Shown: one piece after another, positions 40,040-48,881 of the stretch
Layout of the letters: each line of letters begins with the position of its first letter
Numbering within the stretch: position 1 is the stretch's first letter
NCBI GenBank assembly: GCA_026415325.1
Contig: JAOAHH010000052.1
Location: 2,886-66,885 of the forward strand
DNA from: Thermodesulfobacteriota bacterium
GTDB taxonomy: Bacteria > Desulfobacterota > WTBG01 > CAIYCZ01 > CAIRTM01
DNA length: 64,000 bases
Direction of reading: 5' to 3'
Made by a program: the position numbers and the translations under genes
Notes under the pieces: generated by a model
What the model was told of the DNA's origin: nothing
Database searches by the model: none
The model's input: only the letters and a program-made list of their open reading frames with translations

Positions 40040-40731
40040 AGTAATCCCTGTTCCAGCAGTGCCGCTGCAATCGCAAGGTCTTCCTGCGTTGTGATTTTGA
40101 TGTTACTATAGGCTCCGGGCACAACGGCTACGGGAATTCCCAACCGTGAAACAAGTGATGTATCGTCGGTTGCCGTCACACCATCTACAACGGCCGCGCG
40201 GTGTGCTTCTCGGAGCAGATCTTTTGCAAAGGTTTGCGGTGTTTGAATGCTCACGAGCCGCGACCGATCCGGTATTTCGTCAAGCACCGTCCATGCCGGA
40301 TCAACCGTGGCGATCGTATCTTTGACCGGGACGGCAAGCGTGGTGGCGCGATGCGTGCGAGTGGCTGCAATTGCCGTTTGAATCAGCGCGCAGGTGACAA
40401 GCGGGCGTGCAGCATCGTGCACCAGCACCGTATCGCACGTGTCAGGCACTGCGGCAAGTCCATTGCGTACCGAATCCTGACGCTGCGCGCCGCCGGCAAC
40501 GATCACAACTGGCGTACGCAAACCGAGCGGATCGACGATCTCCTGTTTACAGCGCATCTCATCACCCGGACAGACGGGGATAATGATGCAATGCACTTCG
40601 GGTGTTTTATCCAAAACAGCGAGCACCCATGCAAGGAGCGGTTTCCCGAGCAGGTGCAGATACGGTTTTTTCTCCTGCTGCTCCATCCGCCGGCCGGAAC
40701 CGGCAGCAGGAACGATCGCCGCAACACTCAT
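40036..40731 (-). CDS. ispD: 2-C-methyl-D-erythritol 4-phosphate cytidylyltransferase
   Basis: AIVPAAGSGRRM P-loop-like motif. Start set to ATG 40731, verified. Overlaps the ispF start. Confidence 0.9.
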   Translation of the reverse strand: MSVAAIVPAAGSGRRMEQQEKKPYLHLLGKPLLAWVLAVLDKTPEVHCIIIPVCPGDEMRCKQEIVDPLGLRTPVVIVAGGAQRQDSVRNGLAAVPDTCDTVLVHDAARPLVTCALIQTAIAATRTHRATTLAVPVKDTIATVDPAWTVLDEIPDRSRLVSIQTPQTFAKDLLREAHRAAVVDGVTATDDTSLVSRLGIPVAVVPGAYSNIKITTQEDLAIAAALLEQGLL

Positions 40732-40819
40732 CGCCGGCACCTTTGCCCAGCAACATTGAAACAAAATAAGCAGGCCGTGACAGTGGCCTGCTTATATGAA
40801 AGAGAGGTAATGGGCGCCA

Positions 40820-41308
40820 TCAGTTTTCGAAAATCGAGGTGATATTGCGTTCAACATGGTGCTCAGGAAGTTTCTGTGCAATCGCAAGCTCTTTGACAAG
40901 CAGGTTTTTTGCAATATCCATGAGCCGGCGCTCACCAAAAGACAATTCTTTCCCGACTTTCAGCAAAAACAGATCCCGCAGGACCGACGCAACTTCGTAC
41001 ACTGATCCCGTTTTTATGCGCTCCATGTATTCACGGTATCGTCTGTTCCATGTCTGAGAATCGACAGTTTTTGTTTTTTTGTCCTTGAGGATTTTATAGA
41101 CTTTCAGCGCTTCTTTTGTCGAAATGACGCTCCGAAGTCCGACCTGATCAACTTTATCCGTAGGGATCATGATGGTCATGCCGTTCCCGAGAATGCGAAG
41201 GACATAAAATTTTTGTTTTTTGTCTTTTGCAAGCTCACGCTCTTCGATCGCTTCAATAACGCCGACGCCGTGTGTTGGATAAACTGCTTTATCGCCGACC
41301 TTAAACAT
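40820..41308 (-). CDS. carD: CarD/CdnL-family RNA polymerase-binding transcription factor
   Basis: MFKVGDKAVYPTHGVGVIEAIEE N-terminal RNAP-interaction (Tudor-like) domain, 162 aa. Confidence 0.85.
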   Translation of the reverse strand: MFKVGDKAVYPTHGVGVIEAIEERELAKDKKQKFYVLRILGNGMTIMIPTDKVDQVGLRSVISTKEALKVYKILKDKKTKTVDSQTWNRRYREYMERIKTGSVYEVASVLRDLFLLKVGKELSFGERRLMDIAKNLLVKELAIAQKLPEHHVERNITSIFEN

Positions 41309-41534
41309 GCATACCTCCCCTAAATGCTGTGGATGATACGCGGTGCCCTTGAACCCTTATACGATAGGTCATGCCGTATGCATATAAAAACGCTGTGCCC
41401 CTACACAAGGCGGCATGGTACATTGAGAATAAACTATATATCAAAAAAACAGACAAATGACAAGCACTTTATTTTGTTCGCATATCCATCTGGCATAAAC
41501 ATCGCATAATGAGGGAAAGGCTGTGGTTTCAGGG

Positions 41535-41549
41535 AACACATGCTGTGTT
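41535..41549. promoter_or_regulatory. 15-bp palindrome AACACA-TGC-TGTGTT abutting a TTGACT/TTGACC -35-like element in the carD / c-di-GMP-module divergent promoter region
   Basis: Read directly. It lies ~65 nt upstream of the ATG at 41615. Confidence 0.25.
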
Positions 41550-41614
41550 GACTTGACCTGTTATGTCTGATATCTTGATAAACGCTATGATATAGCTGGA
41601 AGGTAGAGACCTTT

Positions 41615-41932
41615 ATGCAGCGGATTTCGATTGAACAGGCCCGGCCGGGTATGACGGTTGCCAAGCCGGTTATGAACGAAGCAGGTGTTGTACTGGTCGG
41701 TGCCGGCACACCTCTTACCGATTCGACCATCGAACGGCTAAAACATCTTGAGATTTCTTCTATTATTGTTAAAGGCCGACCCCTTGATATCGGTGTTCAG
41801 GACAAGCCTTTTGAGCAGGTATGTGCAGAGCTCGATGAACGTTTTTCTCTTGTGAGTGACGACAAGCTGTGCGGGCAGATTAAAGAAATCATCCGGAACG
41901 ATCTTCGACGCCGCCGTGAAGAAGAAGGGTGA
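41615..41932 (+). CDS. small protein resembling the N-terminal accessory domain found in front of HD-GYP/c-di-GMP signalling proteins (DUF3391-like)
   Basis: Pattern ARPGMTVAKPVMNEAGVVLVGAGTPLTDSTIERLKHLEI. Assignment from memory of the family pattern only. GGAAGG Shine-Dalgarno upstream. Confidence 0.5.
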   Translation: MQRISIEQARPGMTVAKPVMNEAGVVLVGAGTPLTDSTIERLKHLEISSIIVKGRPLDIGVQDKPFEQVCAELDERFSLVSDDKLCGQIKEIIRNDLRRRREEEG

Positions 41933-41974
41933 TTTTGGCGTCCCATGCGGAGGTATGGATAAACGAAGCGCATT

Positions 41975-42823
41975 ATGGATATCGAAAAAGAAAAGATTCG
42001 CAGGAAGATACGGTCTATTAAAAGTTTGCCCACCTTGCCTGCTGTGGCGCAAAAGGTGAGTAAACTCGCCGAAAGCGATACAACCTCGGCATCGCAACTC
42101 AGTACCATTATTTCTCAGGATCAGGCGCTTTCGGGCAGGGTGTTGCGACTTGTCAATTCATCCTTTTACGGATTTCCCGGCAGGATTTCCAATATTTCAA
42201 ATGCCATTCTGTTGCTCGGGTTCGATGTAGTAAAAAGTCTGATCATCAGCGTGTCGGTTTTTGAGATGATGGAAAAGGGCATTATCGGGCTCTGGGAGCA
42301 CTCGCTGGGCTGTGCGGTGGCGGCACGGATTATTGCGCGCCGGGTCAAAGAGTGCGATCCGGAAGAACTGTCGGTTGCAGGACTTTTGCATGATATCGGT
42401 AAAGTTGTTGTCAGCGTGCAGATGAACGACAGTTATGAGGATATCAAACGGGTGATCAGCGAACAGAAGGTCATTTTTTACGAGGCTGAGAAGCAGGTGC
42501 TGGAATTTACCCATGAGGATATCGGATCATGGCTTGCAGAATCGTGGAATCTGCCGGTGAACTTGCTTGAACCGATTTCCTATCATCATCAGCCGGTAAA
42601 AGCTCCAAAGGCGAAACTGCCTACGGCAATCGTGCATGTAGCTGATTTCTTAACGCGCGCTGTCGGATTCGGATCGGGCGGTGATCCATGGGCACCGCCG
42701 CTCAACCATAAGGCATTTGAACGCATTGGGTTGACGCTGCAGACCATGGAAGATATCGTCCGTGAATTCAACGATGAGCTTGAAACACTTGAAGCACGCA
42801 GTATGTTTGAAGGGACGGGATGA
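41975..42823 (+). CDS. HDOD-domain protein
   Basis: HDOD-like sequence (LPTLPAVAQKV...LLHDIGKVV), 282 aa. Confidence 0.85.
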   Translation: MDIEKEKIRRKIRSIKSLPTLPAVAQKVSKLAESDTTSASQLSTIISQDQALSGRVLRLVNSSFYGFPGRISNISNAILLLGFDVVKSLIISVSVFEMMEKGIIGLWEHSLGCAVAARIIARRVKECDPEELSVAGLLHDIGKVVVSVQMNDSYEDIKRVISEQKVIFYEAEKQVLEFTHEDIGSWLAESWNLPVNLLEPISYHHQPVKAPKAKLPTAIVHVADFLTRAVGFGSGGDPWAPPLNHKAFERIGLTLQTMEDIVREFNDELETLEARSMFEGTG

Positions 42824-43782
42824 GGATGGTAAGCGGGAGTCGGGAAATCTTTTTGATTGCACAGGACGACCAGCTTACCTGGAACATTACAAGAATACTC
42901 GTTGCCCATGATTATCGGATTACAACGTGCCGTACCATTACCGAAGCCCTTGGAAAGGTCTATGAAACACCGCCCCTGCTTATCATTATCCACGAACCCC
43001 TTGTCAGTGGTAAAGGTTTGAAACAACTCAAGAGTTTCAAAAAGGATAATCTTTTTTTTCATATCCCGGTGGTGCTTTTGGTGAGTCCTGCCTGGGAGAA
43101 ACAAAACATAGATTGGGATGAATATCCAGTTGAAGAGTATCTGACGACCGCGTTCCGCAGCGATGAGCTCGTCAACAGAATCTCGCTGTGCGTGACCCGT
43201 TTTTTCAGGGCTCTTGACCCAAACCCCCTGACCCGCCTTCCAGGAAACACCTCGATTCTGCGTCAGATTCAGCATTGCCTTGATCTCGGAAAAAATGTGG
43301 CAATCGCCTATCTTGATATCGACAATTTTAAGGCGTTTAACGATCGGTACGGTTTTTCCCGCGGTGACGAGGCACTTCGTATGGCAGCACGGATTTTGTC
43401 AAACATTATCAAAGATTACCGCAGCGAAGATTCCTTTGTGGGGCATGTGGGAGGAGATGACTTTGTGTTCATTGTACCAACCACCGCGATCGATGAGGTA
43501 TGCAACCGGGTGATTGCCAATTTTGATGCGATCATTCCAAGCCTCTATGATGAAGAGGACAGACGGCGGGGATGCATTGTGGCAAAAGACAGAAGCGGGA
43601 AAAAACAGACCTTTCCGCTTATGAGTGTTTCAATCGCTGTGGTGAGCAATGAAGGCAGACGCCTTTCCCATTATGGAGAGGTCAGTGCGATCGCCTCACA
43701 GGTCAAAAAACACGTCAAAAAGCTCTCCGGAAGCAATTACCTCGTTGACCGTCGGAAAGCAGCGCCGCAGACACAGCAGTGA
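42820..43782 (+). CDS. pseudo-receiver + GGDEF-domain protein (non-canonical GGDDF motif, RxxD I-site present)
   Basis: REC-like N-terminus without a phospho-acceptor Asp (LLIIIHEP). GGDEF domain (YLDIDNFKAFNDRYG...RSEDSFVGHVGGDDFVF). Start overlaps the HDOD stop (ATGA). Confidence 0.8.
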   Translation: MRMVSGSREIFLIAQDDQLTWNITRILVAHDYRITTCRTITEALGKVYETPPLLIIIHEPLVSGKGLKQLKSFKKDNLFFHIPVVLLVSPAWEKQNIDWDEYPVEEYLTTAFRSDELVNRISLCVTRFFRALDPNPLTRLPGNTSILRQIQHCLDLGKNVAIAYLDIDNFKAFNDRYGFSRGDEALRMAARILSNIIKDYRSEDSFVGHVGGDDFVFIVPTTAIDEVCNRVIANFDAIIPSLYDEEDRRRGCIVAKDRSGKKQTFPLMSVSIAVVSNEGRRLSHYGEVSAIASQVKKHVKKLSGSNYLVDRRKAAPQTQQ

Positions 43783-43871
43783 TATCTGCGGTACACTGGC
43801 CATGGGTTTTCCTCATCTCATCCTAATTGATTGCTTTTTTTGCTCAGGAAGCACGTTACGTGTGAGTATTA

Positions 43872-44138
43872 TCAGGGGGTTTTATGGGCTGCGGTGCGTT
43901 CCACCGTTTGGCGCAGTCGTTTCAATTCGCGTCGCAGTTTGAACCGCTGGATCATATCAAGCGCATTGCCGATCACCACACCGACCAAAAACGGCACCAT
44001 GATTACCGACCAGAGGGAAACACGCATGGAGTAATATGGTGAAATGTTCACGAGCACGGTCTGGGCATTATTTGTTGCAAACCACACAAGCGAAAAGAGG
44101 ATAACGACGACTGCACAGGTATTAATAAAGAGTCTCAT
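43872..44138 (-). CDS. small two-TM membrane protein, LapA/YciS-like (DUF1049-like)
   Basis: Two hydrophobic helices followed by a basic coiled tail (KLRRELKRLRQTVER). Confidence 0.5.
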   Translation of the reverse strand: MRLFINTCAVVVILFSLVWFATNNAQTVLVNISPYYSMRVSLWSVIMVPFLVGVVIGNALDMIQRFKLRRELKRLRQTVERTAAHKTP

Positions 44139-44186
44139 GGTATGTGTTTAGGATAAGAAAGCGGATAAACAGGCTTTTCCAATTCT

Positions 44187-44387
44187 CTATTTTACCGAAT
44201 CTTGTGGCCGCTGTCGTAATATTATGTCATAAATATCTTCCTTTCTGAATCTCCACGAATTGCCGACGCGGAATCCGGGAATTTGCCCCTTTTTCACCAA
44301 TTTGTACACGGTGATTTTAGAGAGTTTCAGGAATTCGGCGACCTCTTCAACGGTCATAATCTGAGATGTTTCCTTACTCTGTTCCAT
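44187..44387 (-). CDS. excisionase-family helix-turn-helix DNA-binding protein (66 aa)
   Basis: MTVEEVAEFLKLSKITVYKLVKKGQIPGFRVGNSWRF is the MerR-superfamily/Xis-type HTH_17 pattern. Confidence 0.7.
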   Translation of the reverse strand: MEQSKETSQIMTVEEVAEFLKLSKITVYKLVKKGQIPGFRVGNSWRFRKEDIYDIILRQRPQDSVK

Positions 44388-44399
44388 GTTGAACCCTCA

Positions 44400-44736
44400 A
44401 ATGTTTTTAATTATGCTATTAACTTAATAGTTAACACCTTTTTATTAGTCTGCTGATATCAAAACTGTTTTGTTTATATTTTTAACATAAATAAAAAATA
44501 TTTCAATCAATTTTTTTAATAAAATTAAAAAACATCATGATGGAAGATTTTTTCATTAACGAGTTAGATTTTTAATAAAAATTTTTGTCTGATAGTATGA
44601 TCAAAGGGATTTATTTATCGGGAAATCAATCGCTGTTGGATAATCGCTCAATAAAAGGAAGGATATTAAAAAAAGAATAAGATAACGTGCCGCGTCCTTT
44701 GGTGAAAAGATTACTGCATCGGAGACAAACAAAGAA
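44400..44736. other. ~330-bp extremely AT-rich (roughly 25-30% GC) non-coding island with long A/T tracts in an otherwise ~58% GC region
   Basis: Read directly, e.g. aaataaaaaatatttcaatcaatttttttaataaaattaaaaaac. Confidence 0.6.
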
Positions 44737-44737
44737 A

Positions 44738-44766
44738 GCAGGACAGATTGTCCTGCTCTTTTTATT
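44738..44766. terminator. bidirectional rho-independent terminator (GCAGGACA-GATT-TGTCCTGC + TCTTTTT) immediately 3' of tRNA-Pro
   Basis: Perfect 8-bp stem, T-rich on both strands. Confidence 0.6.
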
Positions 44767-44769
44767 CTA

Positions 44770-44846
<77 letters not shown>

Positions 44847-44940
44847 ACGTATGCTGAAGGTGTGGTGCCCGTAGCTGTCGACTGCTCCTGCATAGCACAA
44901 TCGAGGCTGAAAAACAATGGAAAAACAAAACACGACTTTT

Positions 44941-45537
44941 TCACTGCCGGATGATATGGTGTAAAAGTTTTTTAAGTTCCTGCATTGCTTTACCACGATG
45001 GCTGATGCTGTTTTTCTGCTGAGCCTCCATTTCGGCAAACGTAAGCCCAGACTCCTCATCAAGAAACACCGGATCATAGCCAAAACCAGCCGTGCCTCGA
45101 GGCGCCTCGATGATCCGACCGTGACATACCCCTTCAACGGTATATTCATGCGTGCCGGGTATGACAAAAGCGATCACACATCTGAAACGGGCAGTTCGCC
45201 GCTTCTCAGGGATGCCTTTGAGTTCTTTGAGCAGCCGCGCTATGTTTCTTTGCGCATCGCCTTCAACGCCACCGTAGCGGGATGATATCACCCCCGGTGC
45301 CCCACCGAGCGCATCAACCTCAAGCCCAGAGTCGTCTGCCAATGCAGGCAGGCCAGTACATGTTGCAACGGTGCGTGCTTTTTTGAGTGCATTCTCCACA
45401 AGAGTTGCTCCATCCTCGTGCACCTCAGGGCATCCGGGAAAGTCAGTGCAGCAGAGCACCTGTACCGGTAGATCAGAAAGCAATTCCTTCAACTCTTTCA
45501 CCTTGTTATGATTTCTGGTCGCAAGTACGATGTTCAT
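44941..45537 (-). CDS. rdgB: non-canonical purine NTP pyrophosphatase (RdgB/HAM1 family)
   Basis: Ham1-like sequence (IVLATRNHNKVKE...FGYDPVF). Start set to ATG 45537, verified. Confidence 0.9.
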   Translation of the reverse strand: MNIVLATRNHNKVKELKELLSDLPVQVLCCTDFPGCPEVHEDGATLVENALKKARTVATCTGLPALADDSGLEVDALGGAPGVISSRYGGVEGDAQRNIARLLKELKGIPEKRRTARFRCVIAFVIPGTHEYTVEGVCHGRIIEAPRGTAGFGYDPVFLDEESGLTFAEMEAQQKNSISHRGKAMQELKKLLHHIIRQ

Positions 45538-45574
45538 AATCGCTGCCTTTTTAGCACGTTGCGTCTCACGATTT

Positions 45575-46372
45575 TTAATGTGGAATTTCCGGAGATATGA
45601 TAACCCGGTCAATTGGTGATGTTTTGAGCTGGTCGGGAACCGTGGTGTTTTTATAAAAAATAGTATTGCCGCGCCGAATCAAAAGTGTTGTCATGACGGC
45701 ATTGTCAAGATAAAAGGTATAGGTCCGACATTCTTTTCCGCAGGGAAACACACCGATAAACCCCTTTTTTTCCGGATTATCGCAGTTTGCAACTAGACAG
45801 AATCGGGTGGTCGTTACATACACAAACGGAATATGCAGCGACAGGTGCAGCTCCTGCGGCACATCTGATATGTCAAGACCATGCAGCGGATTGTCGAGCT
45901 CCGCCCGCTCAATCCCCTGTTCAAGCAGAAACCTGACATAGTGCGGAACACCCAAATTTGTGCTCCGGAGATGCCGGAGGGCGTCGGGCGGCAGCCGATC
46001 GAGGAAATTCATGATGCGCGGTCCTCGTTTTATTTTTGTCATAAGCCGACCGAGTACGGGCTTGAGATGCGGATATCGGTTTTTCATGACGCGGAACACA
46101 CCCCAGTCGTTAAAAACAACTTCGGTTCCCGTTGGCAATATGTCCAAAAGTTTTTCAACCGCAGCAAGCCCTGTCTGGGTAACATACGGGGTGACCAGCG
46201 TGAAGGCACATCCCCGTTCCGCAACCTGATCCATTATGTCTTTGAGTATTGGGGGTGAGGGGAGCAACCGCTCACAGAACTCATCGCCGAAATATACCCG
46301 CTGGTAGTCCGCGCTGAGATACTTCAGGTTTTCCGGTATTGCAATAAACAGGGCACGTTCCCGTTGCATCAA
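45575..46372 (-). CDS. short U32-peptidase-family-like protein (TIM-barrel core only, 265 aa)
   Basis: N-terminal pattern FIAIPENLKYLSADYQRVYFGDEF...TLVTPYV...NDWG resembles the U32 core. No C-terminal domain. Confidence 0.55.
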   Translation of the reverse strand: MMQRERALFIAIPENLKYLSADYQRVYFGDEFCERLLPSPPILKDIMDQVAERGCAFTLVTPYVTQTGLAAVEKLLDILPTGTEVVFNDWGVFRVMKNRYPHLKPVLGRLMTKIKRGPRIMNFLDRLPPDALRHLRSTNLGVPHYVRFLLEQGIERAELDNPLHGLDISDVPQELHLSLHIPFVYVTTTRFCLVANCDNPEKKGFIGVFPCGKECRTYTFYLDNAVMTTLLIRRGNTIFYKNTTVPDQLKTSPIDRVIISPEIPH

Positions 46373-46643
46373 TGCTCCTTGATGAATTGTTTTTTACATG
46401 GCATAAATATCCGGCAAAGTCAAAGAGTATCGCCACGATGGCCTCTGTGCTAGAGAGGTAAACTACTCTGTCGTCCGGAATACGATATAAACAGCTCAAG
46501 TCTCACGGTACAGTGCAGACGACGTAACTCGGAGGTCAAGGCTCGTTTCTTCAATGGTTAGAGATTATGTTATGCAACCCGAAGCCCGTTTTGCTGTTGT
46601 CATTTGTTCGTTATTTTCTGATGTTTTCAATGGAGGATACCGT

Positions 46644-46997
46644 ATGCCACATGTTGTCCTTGAGGGTGCTGTTGACCTGCAACGATTTTGCTCTGAGTAT
46701 TGCCCGTCAACCCATCCGATTGCCGGCGGACTTGTGAAACTAAAGCGCGCCTATGTCAGCACAACCGCTGATGAAATATTGATAGAAGCTGTTGCCATCG
46801 AAGAAGGCCATGCCCAGCGTTTTCTTGTGCAGATTCTCGTGCGGGAGAGCCGTACCACGGTTAAGCTCTATTCCGGCATAGACCCTGAAAAAACAGAAGG
46901 CGTGAAAACCACTGTTGCGCTTGTAGCGCGTCAGCTCAAAGCGTGCAGCCCTTATGCACATTACGGCGCCACAAATCTTGGCGACCTGCTACTGTAG
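46644..46997 (+). CDS. hypothetical protein (117 aa), no family recognised
   Basis: Start moved to ATG 46644, which has a strong GGAGGA Shine-Dalgarno 7 nt upstream. The ORF-track N-terminal 30 codons are A/T-rich and likely untranslated. Confidence 0.55.
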   Translation: MPHVVLEGAVDLQRFCSEYCPSTHPIAGGLVKLKRAYVSTTADEILIEAVAIEEGHAQRFLVQILVRESRTTVKLYSGIDPEKTEGVKTTVALVARQLKACSPYAHYGATNLGDLLL

Positions 46998-47780
46998 GAC
47001 AAAGGCGCGCCTGCCTTCCTCAATATCCCTCAATTCTTCCCATGCTTTTTGGGCAAACAAGGAATGTTCAGGGCTTTGGAGGCACAATTTATAGGCATAA
47101 ACTGCTTTGGTGCGGTAGTGCTGTGCTTTGTCGGAATCGCGCGGTTGTGGGGGGGGTGAAAACGCGTATATTTCGTACAGCAACCGACAGCGCCGGGCGA
47201 TGGTGTAGAAAATTTCAGGCCGCAGAGATGTCGTGGGATAGTGTTCAATGACTGCTTCGAGGCTGCGGATGTCCTCTTCGATCGCCGCGGGGTTAGGGAG
47301 GGTTTCGTCCGAGAGCGTGATCAGACGGTACTGGGCTTCATCGGCAATAGGGCTATCCGGAAATTTTTCAATGACCATTCGATAATGACGTTTGTCGTAG
47401 TGCAACGTTCCATTGTGTTCTGTCCAAACGCCGTATCTGCCGTAGCGGTTGAGAAAATCTTGGGTGACCCGTTCACGGGCTTCCCCACGCTCAATGCGTC
47501 TGCGCCAGGCAACATCGAGCAACCCCTCAAACGACTCTCCAAGTCGCTGCAGCGCCCATGAATATTTCGGCGACTTCGGAAACCGATCGAGAAACAGAGA
47601 GAATTTCTCGATCGCATCCTCGTAATCGCGCGCGTCAAGCGCTTTTTGTGCTTCATTAAAGAACATAATGTCGCCTTGGTTGGCGCGATCGTATTGAGGT
47701 GCACTAATGCATCCCACACTGAGTACTATCAGGAATGCAATAGTGCCAAAAATTTCCCTACGGTTCAGCATGCCATGCAT
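46989..47780 (-). CDS. TPR-like lipoprotein (possible BamD/YfiO-family)
   Basis: Signal peptide with lipobox LSVGC, then helical repeats. Confidence 0.65.
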   Translation of the reverse strand: MHGMLNRREIFGTIAFLIVLSVGCISAPQYDRANQGDIMFFNEAQKALDARDYEDAIEKFSLFLDRFPKSPKYSWALQRLGESFEGLLDVAWRRRIERGEARERVTQDFLNRYGRYGVWTEHNGTLHYDKRHYRMVIEKFPDSPIADEAQYRLITLSDETLPNPAAIEEDIRSLEAVIEHYPTTSLRPEIFYTIARRCRLLYEIYAFSPPPQPRDSDKAQHYRTKAVYAYKLCLQSPEHSLFAQKAWEELRDIEEGRRAFVLQ

Positions 47781-47792
47781 AGCCTTTTCCTT

Positions 47793-48812
47793 TTATGACC
47801 CAGCGAAAGCACGTTGAGCAGCAGCGATTGCGCGTACCCGCTGCATGAGCTGTTCAAATTGGTGGGGAAAGAGCGACTGGGGACCGTCGGAGAGTGCGTG
47901 TTTCGGGTCATGGTGCACTTCTACCATAATGCCATCAGCACCAACGGCAATGGCTGCGCAGGCAAGCGGAATCACCTGATCGCGTTTTCCAGCGGCATGG
48001 CTTGGGTCAACGATAATCGGGAGGTGGCTTAGGGTTTTGACCGCAGGAACCGCGCTCAGGTCCAAGGTGTTGCGGGAATGATCAGCAAACGTACGAACAC
48101 CGCGTTCGCACAGGATAATGCGGTGATTGCCCTCGGCAGCAATATATTCTGCAGCCATGAGAAACTCCTCAATGGTTGCCGACATACCGCGTTTGAGCAG
48201 GACCGGTTTGGTGCATTTCCCTACTCTGCGCAGCAGGCTGAAATTTTGCATGTTGCGGGCACCAATCTGGATGATATCAGCAACCTCTTCAACCAACGGC
48301 ACAACCTCATGGTCAACCGCTTCGGTCACAATGCCAAGCCCTGTTTCAGCACGTACCCGTGCAAGGATATCGAGACCTTGTTGCCCCAGTCCCTGAAAAC
48401 TGTAGGGCGAGGTGCGTGGTTTAAAAGCCCCTGCTCGAAACAGGTGTGCACCTGTTGCTTTGACCGCATGGGCAATCTGCAGACACTGATCGAGGCTTTC
48501 GACAGCGCATGGTCCTGCGATAATGACGGGATCGGGACCTCCGATACCGACCGTGCCGACAGCAACAATCGTGTTTTCGGGTTTTACCTCCCTGCTCACC
48601 AGTTTATACGGTTTTGAAACCCGGATGGCTTCTTTGACGCCGTCAAGCGCCAAAAATATCGAAGGATCAAGCGGTCCGGCATTGCCGAGAATGCCGATCG
48701 CGGTGCGCTGTGAACCGGGGATCGGGGCTGGTGTATAGCCAAGCTGTTTGATCGTGGCAATAACATTGTCGATCTGTTCCTGCGATGCTTCATGTTCCAT
48801 AACAATGAGCAT
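47793..48812 (-). CDS. 3-deoxy-7-phosphoheptulonate (DAHP) synthase, type I-beta with N-terminal regulatory ferredoxin-like domain
   Basis: KDO8PS/DAHPS-I-beta-like core (GPCAVES...KRGM...DPSH), ~80-aa N-terminal extension. Confidence 0.85.
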   Translation of the reverse strand: MLIVMEHEASQEQIDNVIATIKQLGYTPAPIPGSQRTAIGILGNAGPLDPSIFLALDGVKEAIRVSKPYKLVSREVKPENTIVAVGTVGIGGPDPVIIAGPCAVESLDQCLQIAHAVKATGAHLFRAGAFKPRTSPYSFQGLGQQGLDILARVRAETGLGIVTEAVDHEVVPLVEEVADIIQIGARNMQNFSLLRRVGKCTKPVLLKRGMSATIEEFLMAAEYIAAEGNHRIILCERGVRTFADHSRNTLDLSAVPAVKTLSHLPIIVDPSHAAGKRDQVIPLACAAIAVGADGIMVEVHHDPKHALSDGPQSLFPHQFEQLMQRVRAIAAAQRAFAGS

Positions 48813-48881
48813 ACCAAAACCTCCGTGAGAACGTGGCTAAGTTCTATGGTATCACGAACCCGATTGGTTTTCAAACTGCTT

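Noticed and set aside
42589-43275. 228-aa minus-strand ORF
   Set aside because: Antisense to the HDOD/GGDEF genes.
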